Positions 11,761 to 23,999 of a stretch of 64,000 nucleotides of DNA are shown here, piece by piece. Both the position numbers and the translations under genes were made by a program. Origin of the DNA: Lama glama (lineage: Eukaryota); the NCBI GenBank assembly GCA_028534125.1, contig CM052818.1, forward strand, positions 5,520,001 to 5,584,000, written 5' to 3'. Position 1 is the first letter of the stretch, and every line of letters begins with the position of its first letter. The notes below the pieces were generated by a model. That model worked only from the letters and a program-made list of their open reading frames with translations. It ran no database searches and was not told the origin of the DNA.

Positions 11761-12544
11761 TTCAAAACCATGAAAATGGCTTTTGAAGTAGGAGAGAGGG
11801 CCTTTCTCCTTGGGGAAAACTTCAAAACACATCACACGCTGTATAAACACAAATGCGTTTACCTTGCCTGGGCCTCCCTTTTTTCCTCCTTGGAATCCTG
11901 GCTAATTGTCAATGATGTCTGTGTTCTAACAAGAGGTTTCTTTTTTTCCGGACCTGAATTATTTGAATTCAAGCTCTCTAATGTGAGGTTCTGTTATGGG
12001 GAGGGAAGTTTGTGGGCGAGGGGGAGCAGGGAGGGTCTGCGAGGGAAGGAAGTTGCTCCATATGAATCATGATCTTTTCATGAAAGAAGATCTCAAGCTG
12101 GTTCATGATCTGTTGTTCCCCCCGAGTTCTCATCAATAATGCTGAGTTCTAAAAAGATGTCTTTCTTGTCTCCAAGGGATCTCTACTTGTTCTGCTTCTC
12201 CTATTAACTTTCATAGCCCTCTAAGGATCAAACTTACAGACCCAAATTAGAGGACATCATGAAACCCTTGGAAAACCCCCACATGTCTGGCTCTTACTGC
12301 CCCCGACCACTGATGCCTTTTGGAAAATATGGCCAGGATGAGTGAATAGGTATATACAAACTCTAGGCAGGTGGGTGCTCTGTTTTTATATTAGCAATGA
12401 AGAGCTAGAAATACATTCGTGAATATTATTGTAACTGCAGTCATAGGAGTTATCGGATGGATGTAAGTGTTCTGTTTATCCTTTGTTTAAAATAAATGCT
12501 GATTACTGTGCACAATAGTCAGTTAATAAGTATCTGTTGAGTCT

Positions 12545-12647
12545 GCTCTACTGTAAACTCCAGGGGTCAGGAGAACTGTCCTGATCACTCAGCCCAGTGC
12601 CTAGCACAGTCTGTGCTCAATAACTACTGGTTGAACAAATAAATGAA
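12545..12647 (+). mobile_element. L2 3' end fragment
   Basis: ctgtaaactccagggg.cagga...cccagtgcctagcacagt...gctcaataactactggttgaacaaataaatgaa. Confidence 0.75.
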
Positions 12648-12994
12648 GTGGAGTTAGACGTTTCCATCCTTTCTAGACAGGTGAAGATCAAGAGAGGATT
12701 TTTGAATCCCAATTCCGCAACTGCGCTAGGATACAGGAAAATCAAGTCCAGCTGCCATAATTAAAATGCTCACCAAGTTGTGAAAAAAGACTGACAGACT
12801 CCGATTCAGACCTTCCCTGATGCCTGAACTCCTCAGTCTCCCTTCCCAGTCAGTGCTTCCGGCTGGCCAGAAACACTAAGGAGATTATTTACAGTTCAAT
12901 GCCAAAGGCATCCTCCCTGACCCTGTGGCCTAGGAGGTGGGGGGCGGGAGGGGAAGGAGCAAAGGGAAATTTTCATCAACAAAAATACTGTAAC

Positions 12995-13205
12995 GTAGTA
13001 ATTACTAGCAACTGGATGGACTTTGAGAGCTGCGAAAGCACTTTCACAGAACTTTTTCTTCAGTTAATGTGCACGAACAATTTGTACGAGAACCCCATCA
13101 TCTTCATTTCACAGAGGATGAAACTGAGGCTCAGAGAAATGAAGGTCCTTGCCTAAGATCACAGTGCTAAGAGATAACAGAGCCTGGGCTGATACCCAAG
13201 TTTGG
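12995..13205 (-). mobile_element. MIR SINE
   Basis: The MIR core is present in reverse: catttcacagaggatgaaactgaggctcagagaaatgaag...ttgcctaagatcacag. Confidence 0.85.
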
Positions 13206-13289
13206 AAAGCAGGAGATGGGTCTTTTAAGTCATACATACATATATATATATATATTTTTGAAATGCACAGAACAGGAAAGGAAAGTCAT

Positions 13290-13715
13290 ATTTTAAAGTC
13301 AAAATATAGTATATATGACAGTTTTTTAAATCAATCAGTTAAAAAAAAGTAGTGATCTGATCCCCAATTTCTTTCCCCCAAGGCAACTGCTGTCTACAGC
13401 TTCTTCAGTATTCTTAAAAGAAATTTAACCTGGCATATAAACATACGCATGCGCGCGCACGCACAGCTGCACACCCAAAAAATTAGGGCCATAGTCTCTA
13501 ATGTTAGCTTTCTTCAGGTAACCTGCAGCTTGGTGAGCATATATATAAAGCTTCCTGTCACTTTTGGACCCACATCATTGTTTTTAATTTTACAAATATA
13601 TCGTATTTCCCCTTTGGTGGACATTTAAGTTGCTGCTAGGAATTTATCATCGTAAACAATGCTGAAATAAAAATTCATGTTCGTAATAACATTCACTTTT
13701 TCATACGATTCCTAG
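13290..13715 (-). mobile_element. Old L1ME-like fragment
   Basis: ccccaaggcaactgctgtctacagcttctt...tttcccctttggtggacatttaagttg...gtaaacaatgctgaaataaaaattcatgt resembles an antisense L1ME 3' UTR. Confidence 0.5.
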
Positions 13716-13884
13716 TAACTGGGTTGTCCCCTGGTGCTCCGAATGATGTAAAACGCACTAGGCTGAGGAGGGAATTCCAGCTCTGGGGCCGCCTTTCACT
13801 AGTCGCCTGACTTTTAAGGAGCGCCTTGAAGTCTCTGACACTCAATTTTCCCAGATGTCAACTTAGTGACACAGCAGGAAGATC

Positions 13885-14480
13885 TTTCCCGAGCAGTAAG
13901 CCATCCACCCTCATGAGAATATCCCTTTATTCTCTCACAAGGGGTTACCCAACTTTCCAGAGATTTCCCCGTTTTCTCAGGCGACTAAGCTCACTGCTCG
14001 GGAGAGCACAGGCCTCTCTCTCTCAAGGGGAAACTATTTTTCACACACGAGCGAAGAACTCCATCCCTCGCCACATTCTCCCTTACCGCACTCTCGACTC
14101 ACCGCTCCAGAACTCCAGAGACGGACCCCTTCTCGCCAGCGGTGGCCCATTTACACTCGGGAGAAGATCCCTCGATTTTCTCTCAAGGCTTTCCCCAACT
14201 CTTGCGAGATTTGCCCCTGTTCTCGCGAGACTCACCCCTATTCTCGCAAGACTCACCCCTATTCTCGCAAGACTCATCCCTATTCTCGCGAGACTCGCCC
14301 CTGGTCTCATGAGACTACGCGAACAGCTGTGGGGAGCGTAGTGTGGTGGGAGGGGAGTCAGTGTAACCTTAGGACTCCTGGGTTTTGGTCTTAACGAGGT
14401 CGGAAATAGCAAAGCTTCTCAAAGTCTGAACTCTGAGACTTCCTATCGCCTCCAAACTACTCTGCAGGAGAAATGACAAC
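13885..14480. promoter_or_regulatory. CpG-rich putative (possibly bidirectional) promoter with a CGCG/BANP motif array
   Basis: CpG is locally enriched. Perfect TCTCGCGAGA occurs at 14221-14230 and 14284-14293, with decayed copies around them. There is an ETS-like tcggaaat (~14400), ACTAC motifs (~14314, ~14456) and a minus-strand donor CG|GTAAGG at 14087/14086. Confidence 0.65.
14179..14325. repeat. 21-bp tandem repeat, ~7 units (tctcgcgagactcacccctat)
   Basis: Motif starts are at 14179, 14200, 14221, 14242, 14263, 14284 and 14305, an exact 21-bp period. Confidence 0.95.
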
Positions 14481-14525
14481 AGTCACTAGGTTTGCGGGCA
14501 GTGCTTCCAGTATAACTGAGACACT

Positions 14526-15020
14526 GTAATTGACACCCACCGTGGCTGTGTCCTCATCGTTCTTTTCTTGTCTCCTTTCTGGATGTCTGTATCTCCCCCT
14601 TACACTTCCTGTGTTTTGGAGGAAGCTGACATTAAGTTGGTCATAGTTTCCCGCTCTGGGATGGTTATGGACCAAGCTGGATCACGACAGAGAGCGCTCT
14701 GGAAAAAGAAGTTGCTCACTCTTTTAGGACGCTTCCTGGAGAGAGAAACAGGTAGACCCAGGAAGTTTATGCAGCCATTTTCCGACCACAAGAAGCCTTG
14801 CCATAAAGCCTTAGGATAAAGTTAACACCAGAAAGGAAGGCTGGAGAGCAAGGGGTTTAAGTAAGCCTTGGTGATATTACTAAAACCAGTGAAACAGACC
14901 AACCCCAAGGACTGCCTAACTTTGCTCTCCATTTGGGAGAATCAGTAAGTCCCTGGTCTTTATGGCTAAGTTTGAATCAGATTTTTCTGTCATGTGCAAC
15001 TGAAGGCATATTAAGAGACA
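14526..15020 (+). mobile_element. ERVL-type solo LTR (LTR16/LTR33-like)
   Basis: Starts tgtaattga, contains gcagccattttccgacca, and ends ctaagtttgaatcagatttttctgtcatgtgcaactgaaggcat, like the 3' end of old ERVL LTRs. Confidence 0.5.
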
Positions 15021-15059
15021 GAGTTAGATATCAAGATAGATACATATGTAGATAGTTTA

Positions 15060-15265
15060 TCGATGCTTATTGACGACAGGCTGGAAATTAAGTACTTTGT
15101 AAACAGTAACCCCTTTAAGCATCATTGCAACCCAAAAAAATTGATACTATCATCCACATCTGGATGAGGAGAAAACAACCTCCGAGATGTTAAGTAACTG
15201 TCGAGGTTATGCAGCTAATCAGCAGAGGAGGTGGGATTGCATGGTTCCAAAGCCCTGCCTTCAAA
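15060..15265 (-). mobile_element. MIR SINE
   Basis: atccacatctggatgaggagaaaac...gagatgttaagtaactgtcgaggttatgcagctaatcagcagagga.gtgggatt. Confidence 0.65.
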
Positions 15266-16559
15266 CTACACACCTCTTCTAGCCATGGTGAATAAGTGTG
15301 CTTATTCAGTTTACCATCATTCTAAGCTACACTGAAAAGGGTGAGGCTTGTCTCTGGTGCTCCGCCCTGTCAGAACCTGCCCCCGACAGAGATACACAGG
15401 GCGCTAGCCTGTCCCTGCACCAAGGGCAAAGGAATGGGCTCTAACTGGGGGGTCATATCCCTACGGTCTGAGTCTCCTATAGTCTCACCCTCAATGGATC
15501 CGGGTCCTATTCTTGGAAGATGGGAAGATGTGATTTTTAAATAGTTCTCTTCAGGTGACAACATTTACCACTCACAAGATTATAAAAATGTGAAACTCAC
15601 ATTTTATTAACTGAAAATTGATAAGCTCACTCAAATCAGGTAAAAATCCAAAAGAAAATAGCTAACCTAAAAAGATAAATAATTACAAAGAGACAACAAA
15701 ATGTCAGAAGGAATGAAACTCTGTGTCAGATTACTTCTAAACAAACAAACACAGATACACACATATATATACAATATCAACAACCTTTTTTTTCTTGTTT
15801 ATCTGGTTAATTCATAGACATAACTCTAGCCATTACTGTCCATTCCTTTGTTTTCATCTTTTTCACATCTTAAATACTTTTAATTTAAGTTCTTCCATAT
15901 AACATTGTTGTCTTTATTGTGTTTTGTTTACATAAGTCAAAGGGAGGACAGAAGGAAAGGAAAAAAGAAATGGGAAAAAATTTATTTAACATCAGAAACA
16001 ATTGTTTAAACAGACTTCCAGAATAAAAACGAAAACTAGTATTACATTTATTAATTTTCTTCTGTGCCGTAATTTAGACTACAATGCAAATTTTATTAAG
16101 TTGATTACTATGAAGAAATAAGAGGATCTCACCGATAATTAATTAATTGTGCAATTAAAATCACACACCTGAATCTTCCACAAATGTTTAAATAAATCAT
16201 TTTTTAGAGAATTACTATGTAGTTGCTTTCCCAGATGTTCCAAAGGCAAACAGATGTGTTAATTAGCATACTCTAGGATTTGAACTATACTTAAATCTCT
16301 TCTTTATAATTTTCCTTTCTTTTTCCAACCCTAAATTCCTTGGGTAAAAAAAGGTCAAAACCTGGCTTGGTACCAACAATTAATGTCAAAAAAAAATAAG
16401 TAAATACATGTTTTGGGAATCAGTAATAAAATTACAAATAGGCAATGTGTTATTTGCCTGACTTGGGAAAATCTATGAAAGTAAAAATTAGGATACAAGT
16501 TAACAGAGAGAAGTCATAGTAAACACACATTTTAAAATAGCCAAAAACAACTCTGATAT

Positions 16560-16740
16560 GTATTATCTCAAGTAACCCTCAACGCCTCTCTGCGGAAAAA
16601 AGTGCCGTTTATTATTCCCATTTGCAAGTATAGAAATGGAGATGGAGCGATTGCTTAAGTTTTCACAGCTCGTGAGTTGCAGAAGTTGGTAAAACCGGAA
16701 CTGAAAAACTCCAGATCCCATGCATGCTCTTTCCCTACAG
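16560..16740 (-). mobile_element. MIR SINE (degenerate)
   Basis: ttattattcccatttgcaagtatagaaatggag...ttgcttaagttttcacagctcgtgagttgcagaagttgg. Confidence 0.6.
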
Positions 16741-17249
16741 AGTCCTTTCTTCCAGGAAGTGAGGATTTTGATAAGTCATAAAAGAGCTTAAGAAAGAGGA
16801 AGAGTGCAGGGATCTTTCTTATAATGTGGAAAGAGTCCATGAGAAAGTATTTGATGAGCCCGTGGAAAGCCAATGAATATGTATTTAGAGGAACGTGGGA
16901 AAGATGAAAAGCTATGAAGCTTTGAAATAAAGATTTATTTTCTGGTGAAACAAACTGAAACCGTCCCACTTTAGCAAAATGTATTTTGTGGCAGGATGGG
17001 GTGAAGGCTAGTCTGGCAGAAGGTGCTCTGCTCGGCAGGGTTCTAAAGATCCCCAATGTTCTGGGGAAGCGGGGAGAAGAGATGGCTAGGAAGCTGCTCG
17101 CTGACTTACATCAAGGCAGAAAGGTCTGCTTTGTACGTTTCTCTCCAATGTCTTTCACCAAGAGGAAGAATAACAACGTTGTTAGTTGTTATCACAACAG
17201 AAGTATAACAATTAATGAGAAAACAATCTTCGTAAAAATTCAGTGGCCT

Positions 17250-17659
17250 TGAGGGAGGGTAATAGCTCAGTGGTAAAGCCTGAGCTTAGCATGCACCAGG
17301 TCCTGGATTTAATTCCCAGTAACTCCATTTTAAAAATCCCAGACATAGAAAACAAACTATGGTTACCAGGGGAGAAACTGGGTAGCAAGGGATAAATTGG
17401 GAGTTCGAGATTTGCAGATACTAACTCCTGTATTTAAAATAGATATACAAGTTTCTTCTGTATAGCATAGAGAACCGTATTTAGTATCTTGTAACCTATA
17501 ATGGAAAAGAATATCAGAACAAATATATGTATATGTACATATGACTAAAACATTATACTATATATCAGAAATTGACAGAATATTGTAAACTGACTATACT
17601 TCAACTTAAAAAGCATAATAGTAAAATCAAATCTGTTAAAAAAAAAAAAGTCCCTAGTC
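17250..17659 (+). mobile_element. Composite camelid-type SINE: tRNA-derived head fused to an L1 3' UTR tail
   Basis: The head is gggagggtaatagctcagtggtaaag...cttagcatgcaccaggtcctgg, followed by an L1 tail (cagacatagaaaacaaactatggttacc...ttgtaaactgactatacttcaa) and poly-A. The flanking direct repeat cagtggcct lies at 17241-17249 and 17660-17668. Confidence 0.85.
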
Positions 17660-17874
17660 CAGTGGCCTCAAATCCATCAGTTTACTTTTAATTAAGCACA
17701 CAGGCCCACCCTTAAAACACATTAATAAAAAAAAAAAGGACACTCAACCAGAAAAATAAATCAAGGTGCTACCTAGACACCCTAATACCAGAATTGCAAC
17801 ACAATAGGGGAGGGTAAACGGACCAAGAACTCACCCCCAGAGGCTTCCAGGGAACTTCTTTTTCAAGAAGCCAT

Positions 17875-18120
17875 GGATGAGGAGGGATATATTAGGATTT
17901 TGGGATTAATAGATACACATTACTGTATGTAAAATATAAACAAGGACCTACTATATAGCACAAGGAACTATATTCAATTTCTTGTAATGAGCTGTAATGG
18001 AAAAGAATCTGAATATATATATATACATATACATATGTATACATATACATATATATAGAACAGAATCACTTTGCTGTACACCTGAAACTAATATTGTAAA
18101 TCAACTACACTTCAATAAAA
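17875..18120 (+). mobile_element. Artiodactyl-type L1 3' end, 5'-truncated
   Basis: gggattaatagatacacattact...aacaaggacctactatatagcacaaggaactatattcaa...cactttgctgtacacctgaaactaa...caactacacttcaataaaa. Confidence 0.88.
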
Positions 18121-20864
18121 TCCTAAGTCCACATTTGCTTCCGCACTGAGAAAATTCAAAGCTGGGACACCCACTATCTTGTACTTCAAAAGAACAAAAG
18201 AAGTAAGTGAGAAACCCAGTAAGATCTAGAAAGGGGAAAAATCACAGCTGAAGGACAGATATTTTCTTTCAAACATTTATACACACTCTCCGTGCTATTT
18301 TCTCCATCCATGTAACTCACCTCCTGGTAAAGAAAAAATAATCCATTACAACAAATACAATTATCATTTTTAAAGTGTGGAAGTCAGTGGTCTGGGGATC
18401 TGGCCAAAGTCACATAGGAATTAATGGCCAAAGAATTACAGAAGTAGACCCAGTTCTTCTTATTCTTCTTCATAGGTCCGCGATCATTACCACACTCCGT
18501 CAGCAAGAGGAATTAAGGCCCCACTTACCCAAACGGAAACTCCAGACAGACAAGTGGCAGCACTGAACAGAACCCAGAGCAGTGGTCGTCATGGTCCTGG
18601 GATTTTATTTTCACTTTCAATGCGTACGTCAGCTTTTCCTGGGTGAGTTAACTTGGAAGTCCCAAACCTGATACATGAATTATTTTAATTGAACTCCCCA
18701 TTCGCTAATGTCTGGAAACGTTATTAGGCAAGGACTGCTAGCAGGAATAATCTAGAAAAGTACCTCTCACTTTGCAGGGTATGTAGCACTATGGCTTAGA
18801 GGCAGCGATTTCCAAACGCTTCCATTTGGGATCAAGTTATCCCTAGGCCAACTGTGAGTTCCTTTGCAAAAACAAACAAAAAAAACTTATTAGAACCATC
18901 ACATAAACACCAATAGAGCGAGACTTGGAATGCTTTGAGAATGGAAGGATAAAGAAAACCAGATAGCTGCAAAGCTCTGACTACTACATACAGCTGTAAT
19001 ATTGTGGCAGCAGAGTAAAGGGAAGTATTTATAGGAAAGACTAGGAGGGAAAGACCTAAGGCACCGGGAAGGCATTGATAATTATTATTTGGAAAAGCAA
19101 AAAAAAAAAAAAAAAGCCTTGGAACATTTAAAAAGAATTAGAAGGATTTTACTGGACTCTGAGGGAGAGAAAACTCCATAGTTGGAGGTGAGGTTTACAG
19201 TCTGTAAACCGGTGACCTCAGAGGGAGCAGAGCAGCCTTCATGGGGACCCGTTAGTCAGCCTCTCCTCTGAGGCCTTTCATCCGGCCTTCGGGAACTCGA
19301 TGGCAGCGTGGTTTACTTGGCAACACCACATACGTGTTGCTTAGAGATGGTCTCAAATGTGGCGCAAATGTGGAAGGAAGGAGGCAGTGAACTGAGCTGG
19401 GAGGACTGAACTGGGAGAATCAGAGACAAACCTGACAGACTAGGGCCCAGGGAGGAAGGCGAGGACACGGATGCTTCCTCCTCCTAAGCTGGGTCTCTCC
19501 TTGAACCCAGGCTGGTGGCACAAAAGGGAGACTGTGAGGTCACACAGGGCACTGAGCTCCCAAGGGCCCTGCGCTTGGCTTTGTGCTCTCTTGTCACCAT
19601 CTTGAAATCCATAAAAACTGAACAGGGCAGCTTGTGGGGTCTGGGCCCCAGGACAACATTCAAAGCTGGGGACTTGCATCTCCTGACCCACCAGCAGGCA
19701 CAAAGAATTACAGAGAATGTCGAGCTTGCTAGGTTTATTGACAAAGTGAGAAACTGGATGAGCTGCAATACTTTTTCTTCTTGGTAATAGCTTGACCAAG
19801 GCTGTATTTTCCATTCTTGATGGGCATTCTGTATTTTTTAGTCATGTGGGCTGTGGTCACACCTGGTGCAGCTTACTAGATAGGACAGTAATCTGCAGGC
19901 CAACGAGGGCGAAAATGTCCCATCAACTCAATTCAATATGCATTAGTCTCCTGGGGAAGGAAATCTTTGTAAGGCCCTGCGGTGACTGTTTTAGAAGAAG
20001 ACTTAACGGGTTCATTGAGTTGGAGAAAAACAGCACTAAACTGGTTGGTTACCAGGCTGGGGTGAATGTTTCACAATGAGGGAGGTATTTGAAAAGTTGA
20101 TCTGGAGATACTGCAGAATAGCTCATAGGATTGCTTTGGATCCTACACAGTCCAGTGTCCTCACAAAAGAGCATACGGTTCCCAGCACAGAAGGTCCGTG
20201 TAAAAATATTACATTTCAATATATAAGTAATATAATTAGGAGTAATCTTTTCCGTATCCCAAATTCAGCACTACAATTAAACAAGCCAGCACATATTCCA
20301 GAGACAATAACCACAGGGGAGGGGGCTGAGGAAACAGATGAAAACAATATATGAAGACATGCAAAACTGCTATTAGCTTGGGAGAGATAAAAGAATTTCT
20401 AAATTATAGCTTTTGGTAATGTTTAAGTGGAGAGTCTAGTAATCTGGGTGCAAATTGTACTTGGGGGCATTTGTTCTTTGTAAAAGAAAGCAGATTAAGG
20501 GGGGAAAAAAAACGGAGTTGCTAAGCCCACCACCAGAAAACAAATCTTCAGAGAGGGGCTCCAGACCTTTGAAACAATGGGGAAACCCAGTCACCACAGG
20601 GCTTCAAAGTTGAGACACCCCACCTAGGCCTGCCTGTTGATTTTTTAAGCCAGAAGTGAGCGTAGATGTCACTCACTTCATAAACCTCTTTTTTTTTTTT
20701 ACAGTAGGAGAGGTCCTTAGTAGGAGAATATCTTCTGCTAAAGCCTTCAATGCGCATGCACTGCAGTTGGTAAGGGGGCACGAGGAGACCTGTGTGGTCA
20801 GCGCCGTCATGTCTCCCCACCCCCACGTGGCTACCCATCCCCCACGTGGCTACCCATCCCACCA

Positions 20865-20975
20865 ATTCTCCCACAGACAGCCCAAAGAAGATGAGACTTG
20901 CCCAAGGTCACACAGTCCAATAGAAGCAGGTCTGGGACTCCTGCTCAGATCTCCAGGCTCAGACCCAGTCCTTCT
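20865..20975 (-). mobile_element. MIR fragment
   Basis: gacttgcccaaggtcacacag...agaagcaggtctgggactcctgctcagatctcc. Confidence 0.65.
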
Positions 20976-21397
20976 TGACAGGAAGGGGACAGGAAAATAT
21001 CAGTGCACCCAGTCCCAGCCAAGCCGGCCACCCATCTCACCCTCAGTTTGGACACCCTGGGGTCATTCTGTGCCAAGGCTCAGGCTGGGCCATCCTGGCT
21101 CTGCAGATCTAGAGTGAAGGTTTTCCAGGGATTCAGGTCTACAAGGACTGGGGAAGACAGTCCTTGGAAGTGACCTCTGCCCTGTTCCTTGGGTCTCTGC
21201 AGTCAGGAGGCCAGAGCTCTGTGAACTGGGCCTTCTCTATTATCACACCTATCCCCAAATGCCACACAAATACACACACACTCTCACTGTGTTTTAATGG
21301 GACCACAGCGACTCCATGAAAATGTGATTTTCATCTGATTTTGAAAACTCCAAAAGTTCACCTGTCTGAGTTTGTGAGGAGCTGAAGTGCTGTAAGC

Positions 21398-21571
21398 CAG
21401 TAGTTCTCAGTGCATTCTCAGTGCATCAGAATACCCTGAAGGCTTGTAGAACAGATTGCTGGGCCCTGTCCCCGGAGATGCTGGGGTGGGACCTGAGAAT
21501 TTGCATTTCTGACAAGTTCCCAAGTGATGCTGATGCTGCACGCCCAGGGACCACACTGGGAAAACCTCTGC
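21398..21571 (-). mobile_element. MER5A DNA transposon
   Basis: cagtagttctc...gcatcagaata.cctgaaggcttgt..aacagattgctgggccc...ggggtgggacctgagaatttgcatttctgacaagttcccaagtgatgctgatgctg...gggaccacact. Confidence 0.88.
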
Positions 21572-22912
21572 TGGCAACTACGTCTGAGGGAATGTTGGCT
21601 CCAACGGGGGAGCCGTCCCCATGCTGAACATCCCTTCCAAAGAAGGGACGTCGGTCACCTCAGTGCCAGGCTAGAGTTTGCTAGCGTTGTCTTCAACATG
21701 AAATATCAAGAGCAAGGCTGGCTGATACCCTCAGCCTCTGAGTTCCTCTAATTACTTCTGCCCAGCAAGGGGATCTGAATGGGGGGGACTAGTGTCAGGT
21801 CTCCAAAAATGCTCCTCTCATCCTCAGAGAGTGTAGACTTAACTAGCAGGGCAGGTCAGGGTGGCTGCATAGACACAGGTAAGACCAAGAATGTGCACAG
21901 GATAATTCAAGGAGAAAAAGGGAGAACGTAAGCATGGGAGGGAAAGGGGATGGAATTGGCTTGAAATAGACCAGCTACTGTATGGTCTCCAGTCTCAGGT
22001 TCAAGCTCTTGTCCCTTTGCCAGGCAGGAGGCAGTAACATGTTTCACTGAAAGAGGAAAACCAAAAGCAAAATCCTCTTCTCTAGAAATGATAAAGCTGG
22101 TGTTCATTAACATTTAAAGAGGCAGTCCTTTTTTATATTCCAATAGCTCTTTTATTCTTTTGGATGAATTTAACAGGCCGATTTTTCCTTCCAACTGTGT
22201 TTCCTATGAAAATAATATAATTGATTTCAGACAAATACTACTTCCAAATTAGGTTATTTTCTCATTTGTATTTTAATTTCTTGCTTAGTTCTGGTCAGAA
22301 ATCCTGTGAGCTATGCATTTTAATTTATAATTAAATAAACAAGTAATAATAGAATATTACCAATATGCTGGTCCTAAAAAATGAGTACTTTAAAAGAAAT
22401 ACACAAGGACAAAGCATAGTGAAGAAAAGAGAGAAATACAGGTTAAAGTGGAAATTTGGTTCTCTTAATTTGCCATTATTATCCTCTCAATGCAATTCCA
22501 TAATTACCCAGTTATGTGCTAGGCACTCTGAGAAAACCAATAAATTAATAGACATGAAAGAATCTCACAAATGTTAAAATGTGTGTTGGGGGGTGGGGGA
22601 GAATCATATTATCATTATTCAACAGAAGCATAAGATAATGTTACTGCCCTCCAAATAGTCTGAAGTACCCCTTCGCAGCCAGCATCCGATTCAGCTTTCT
22701 CATAATGTAAGCATCTTTCCAGAGCACCACTGACAAGAGCCATTGGCACTATTTGAACCATTTTAGATGCTCAAGCATCTCAAGATAGTCCACAGTGATG
22801 CAATATGTTGAGTAAAGCCAACAGCTCATCCTATGGGAACTCACTGGAAACTTGAACCCAGCTCTCATGGCCATCACCCTAACTCTTCAGCTACAGAATC
22901 AACATTCCCAGT

Positions 22913-23410
22913 TGTCTGAGCAGGGTTCTCCAGAACCAATAAAAGGATATATATACACACATATATATATGTGTGTATGTATATATATATGTATATATAC
23001 ATACACACACACACACTCACACACATATACATATACATACATATACATACACATACACTAGAGATTGAGAGAAAGATTGGTTTTAAGAAATTGGTTCATG
23101 CAATGGTGGAAACTGGCAAGGCTCTGGTCTGTCAGGCAGGCTGGAAATTCCGGTCAGAGTTGATGTTGCTGTCTTGAGGAGAATCTCTTCTTAGGGAGCC
23201 CCCCAGCTTTGCTTTTAGGATATTCAACTGATTAGGTGAGGCCCACCCATATGAGGGAGGGTAATTTGCTTTCCTCAGAGTCAACTGATTGAAATTTTAA
23301 TCACATCTGAAAAAAGAAAAAAACCTTCACAGCAACACCTAGACTGGTGTTCAAGCAAATAACTGGACACTGTTGTCCAGCCCAGGTGATGCATGCAAGT
23401 ACCAGTCACA
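22913..23410 (-). mobile_element. MLT2 (ERVL) solo LTR with an internal (TA)n/(CA)n tract
   Basis: cagggttctccagaaccaata...aagaaattggttcatgcaat.gtgga.actggcaag...ttcaactgattaggtgaggcccacccat...cttcacagcaacacctagactggtgtt...cagtcaca. Confidence 0.85.
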
Positions 23411-23999
23411 TCCTTTCACTCTGTGCAATCCTCTGATATGTCAGTTAGCATTCAGACCACTGCTAGGGACAGGGACTTTATTTCCTGGTTTTATGTTTCT
23501 CTGCGAAGATTGAGAGTCACACTGGCTGCTGGCCTGATTGTTGAATCCAGGAGATGTGACTGAGCGTGACTGAGCGTGCCTGGCTGAGCCCAGACGGGGC
23601 TGGTTCTGCAGAACCACCTGCCTGCATAGTCTGACTTTCTCCCTGCCTGGGGTGAGCTTACCGCGTACACAAGCTCGGTGCCTTCCAGGTCAGGGGAGGC
23701 CCATGGTTCTGGAAGCTCAACTGAGTGTTTGGCTTGGGGTACAGGACCATGGCTCAAGTTCTTTCTGAGAAAGCCGACGTGTATTTCTCAGGTGAATCAG
23801 AAACCTGAGAAGACTAAGTTGTGATTAATTGTCACCTATAAGTTCTCATCAGCCTCCCCACTGGAAAAGCGCTCCAGTTTGTCCATAACCATCTGAAAAT
23901 AAGCTCTCAGCATGGAACCCCTCCTTTCCCCTCACGGAGCAACAGTGCAAAGTCAGTGTGGCTGCCCCTCCTTTACCTGTGGCCTTTGAGGTCTCCCTA

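Noticed and set aside
14179..14325. CRISPR-like appearance (palindromic repeat with spacers)
   Set aside because: The context is mammalian, the 11-bp 'spacers' are near-identical to one another, and there are no cas genes. It is a minisatellite.
13826..14412. ORFs 13826-14341 (+, 171 aa) and 14083-14412 (-, 109 aa) with heptad repeats (ILARLTP / LARIGVS)
   Set aside because: They are a by-product of the stop-free 21-bp tandem repeat and GC-rich sequence. Both have non-ATG starts and no recognisable protein family.
15340..16450. Possible old DNA-transposon fragment in the AT-rich stretch
   Set aside because: I could not match termini or internal motifs to a family with any confidence.
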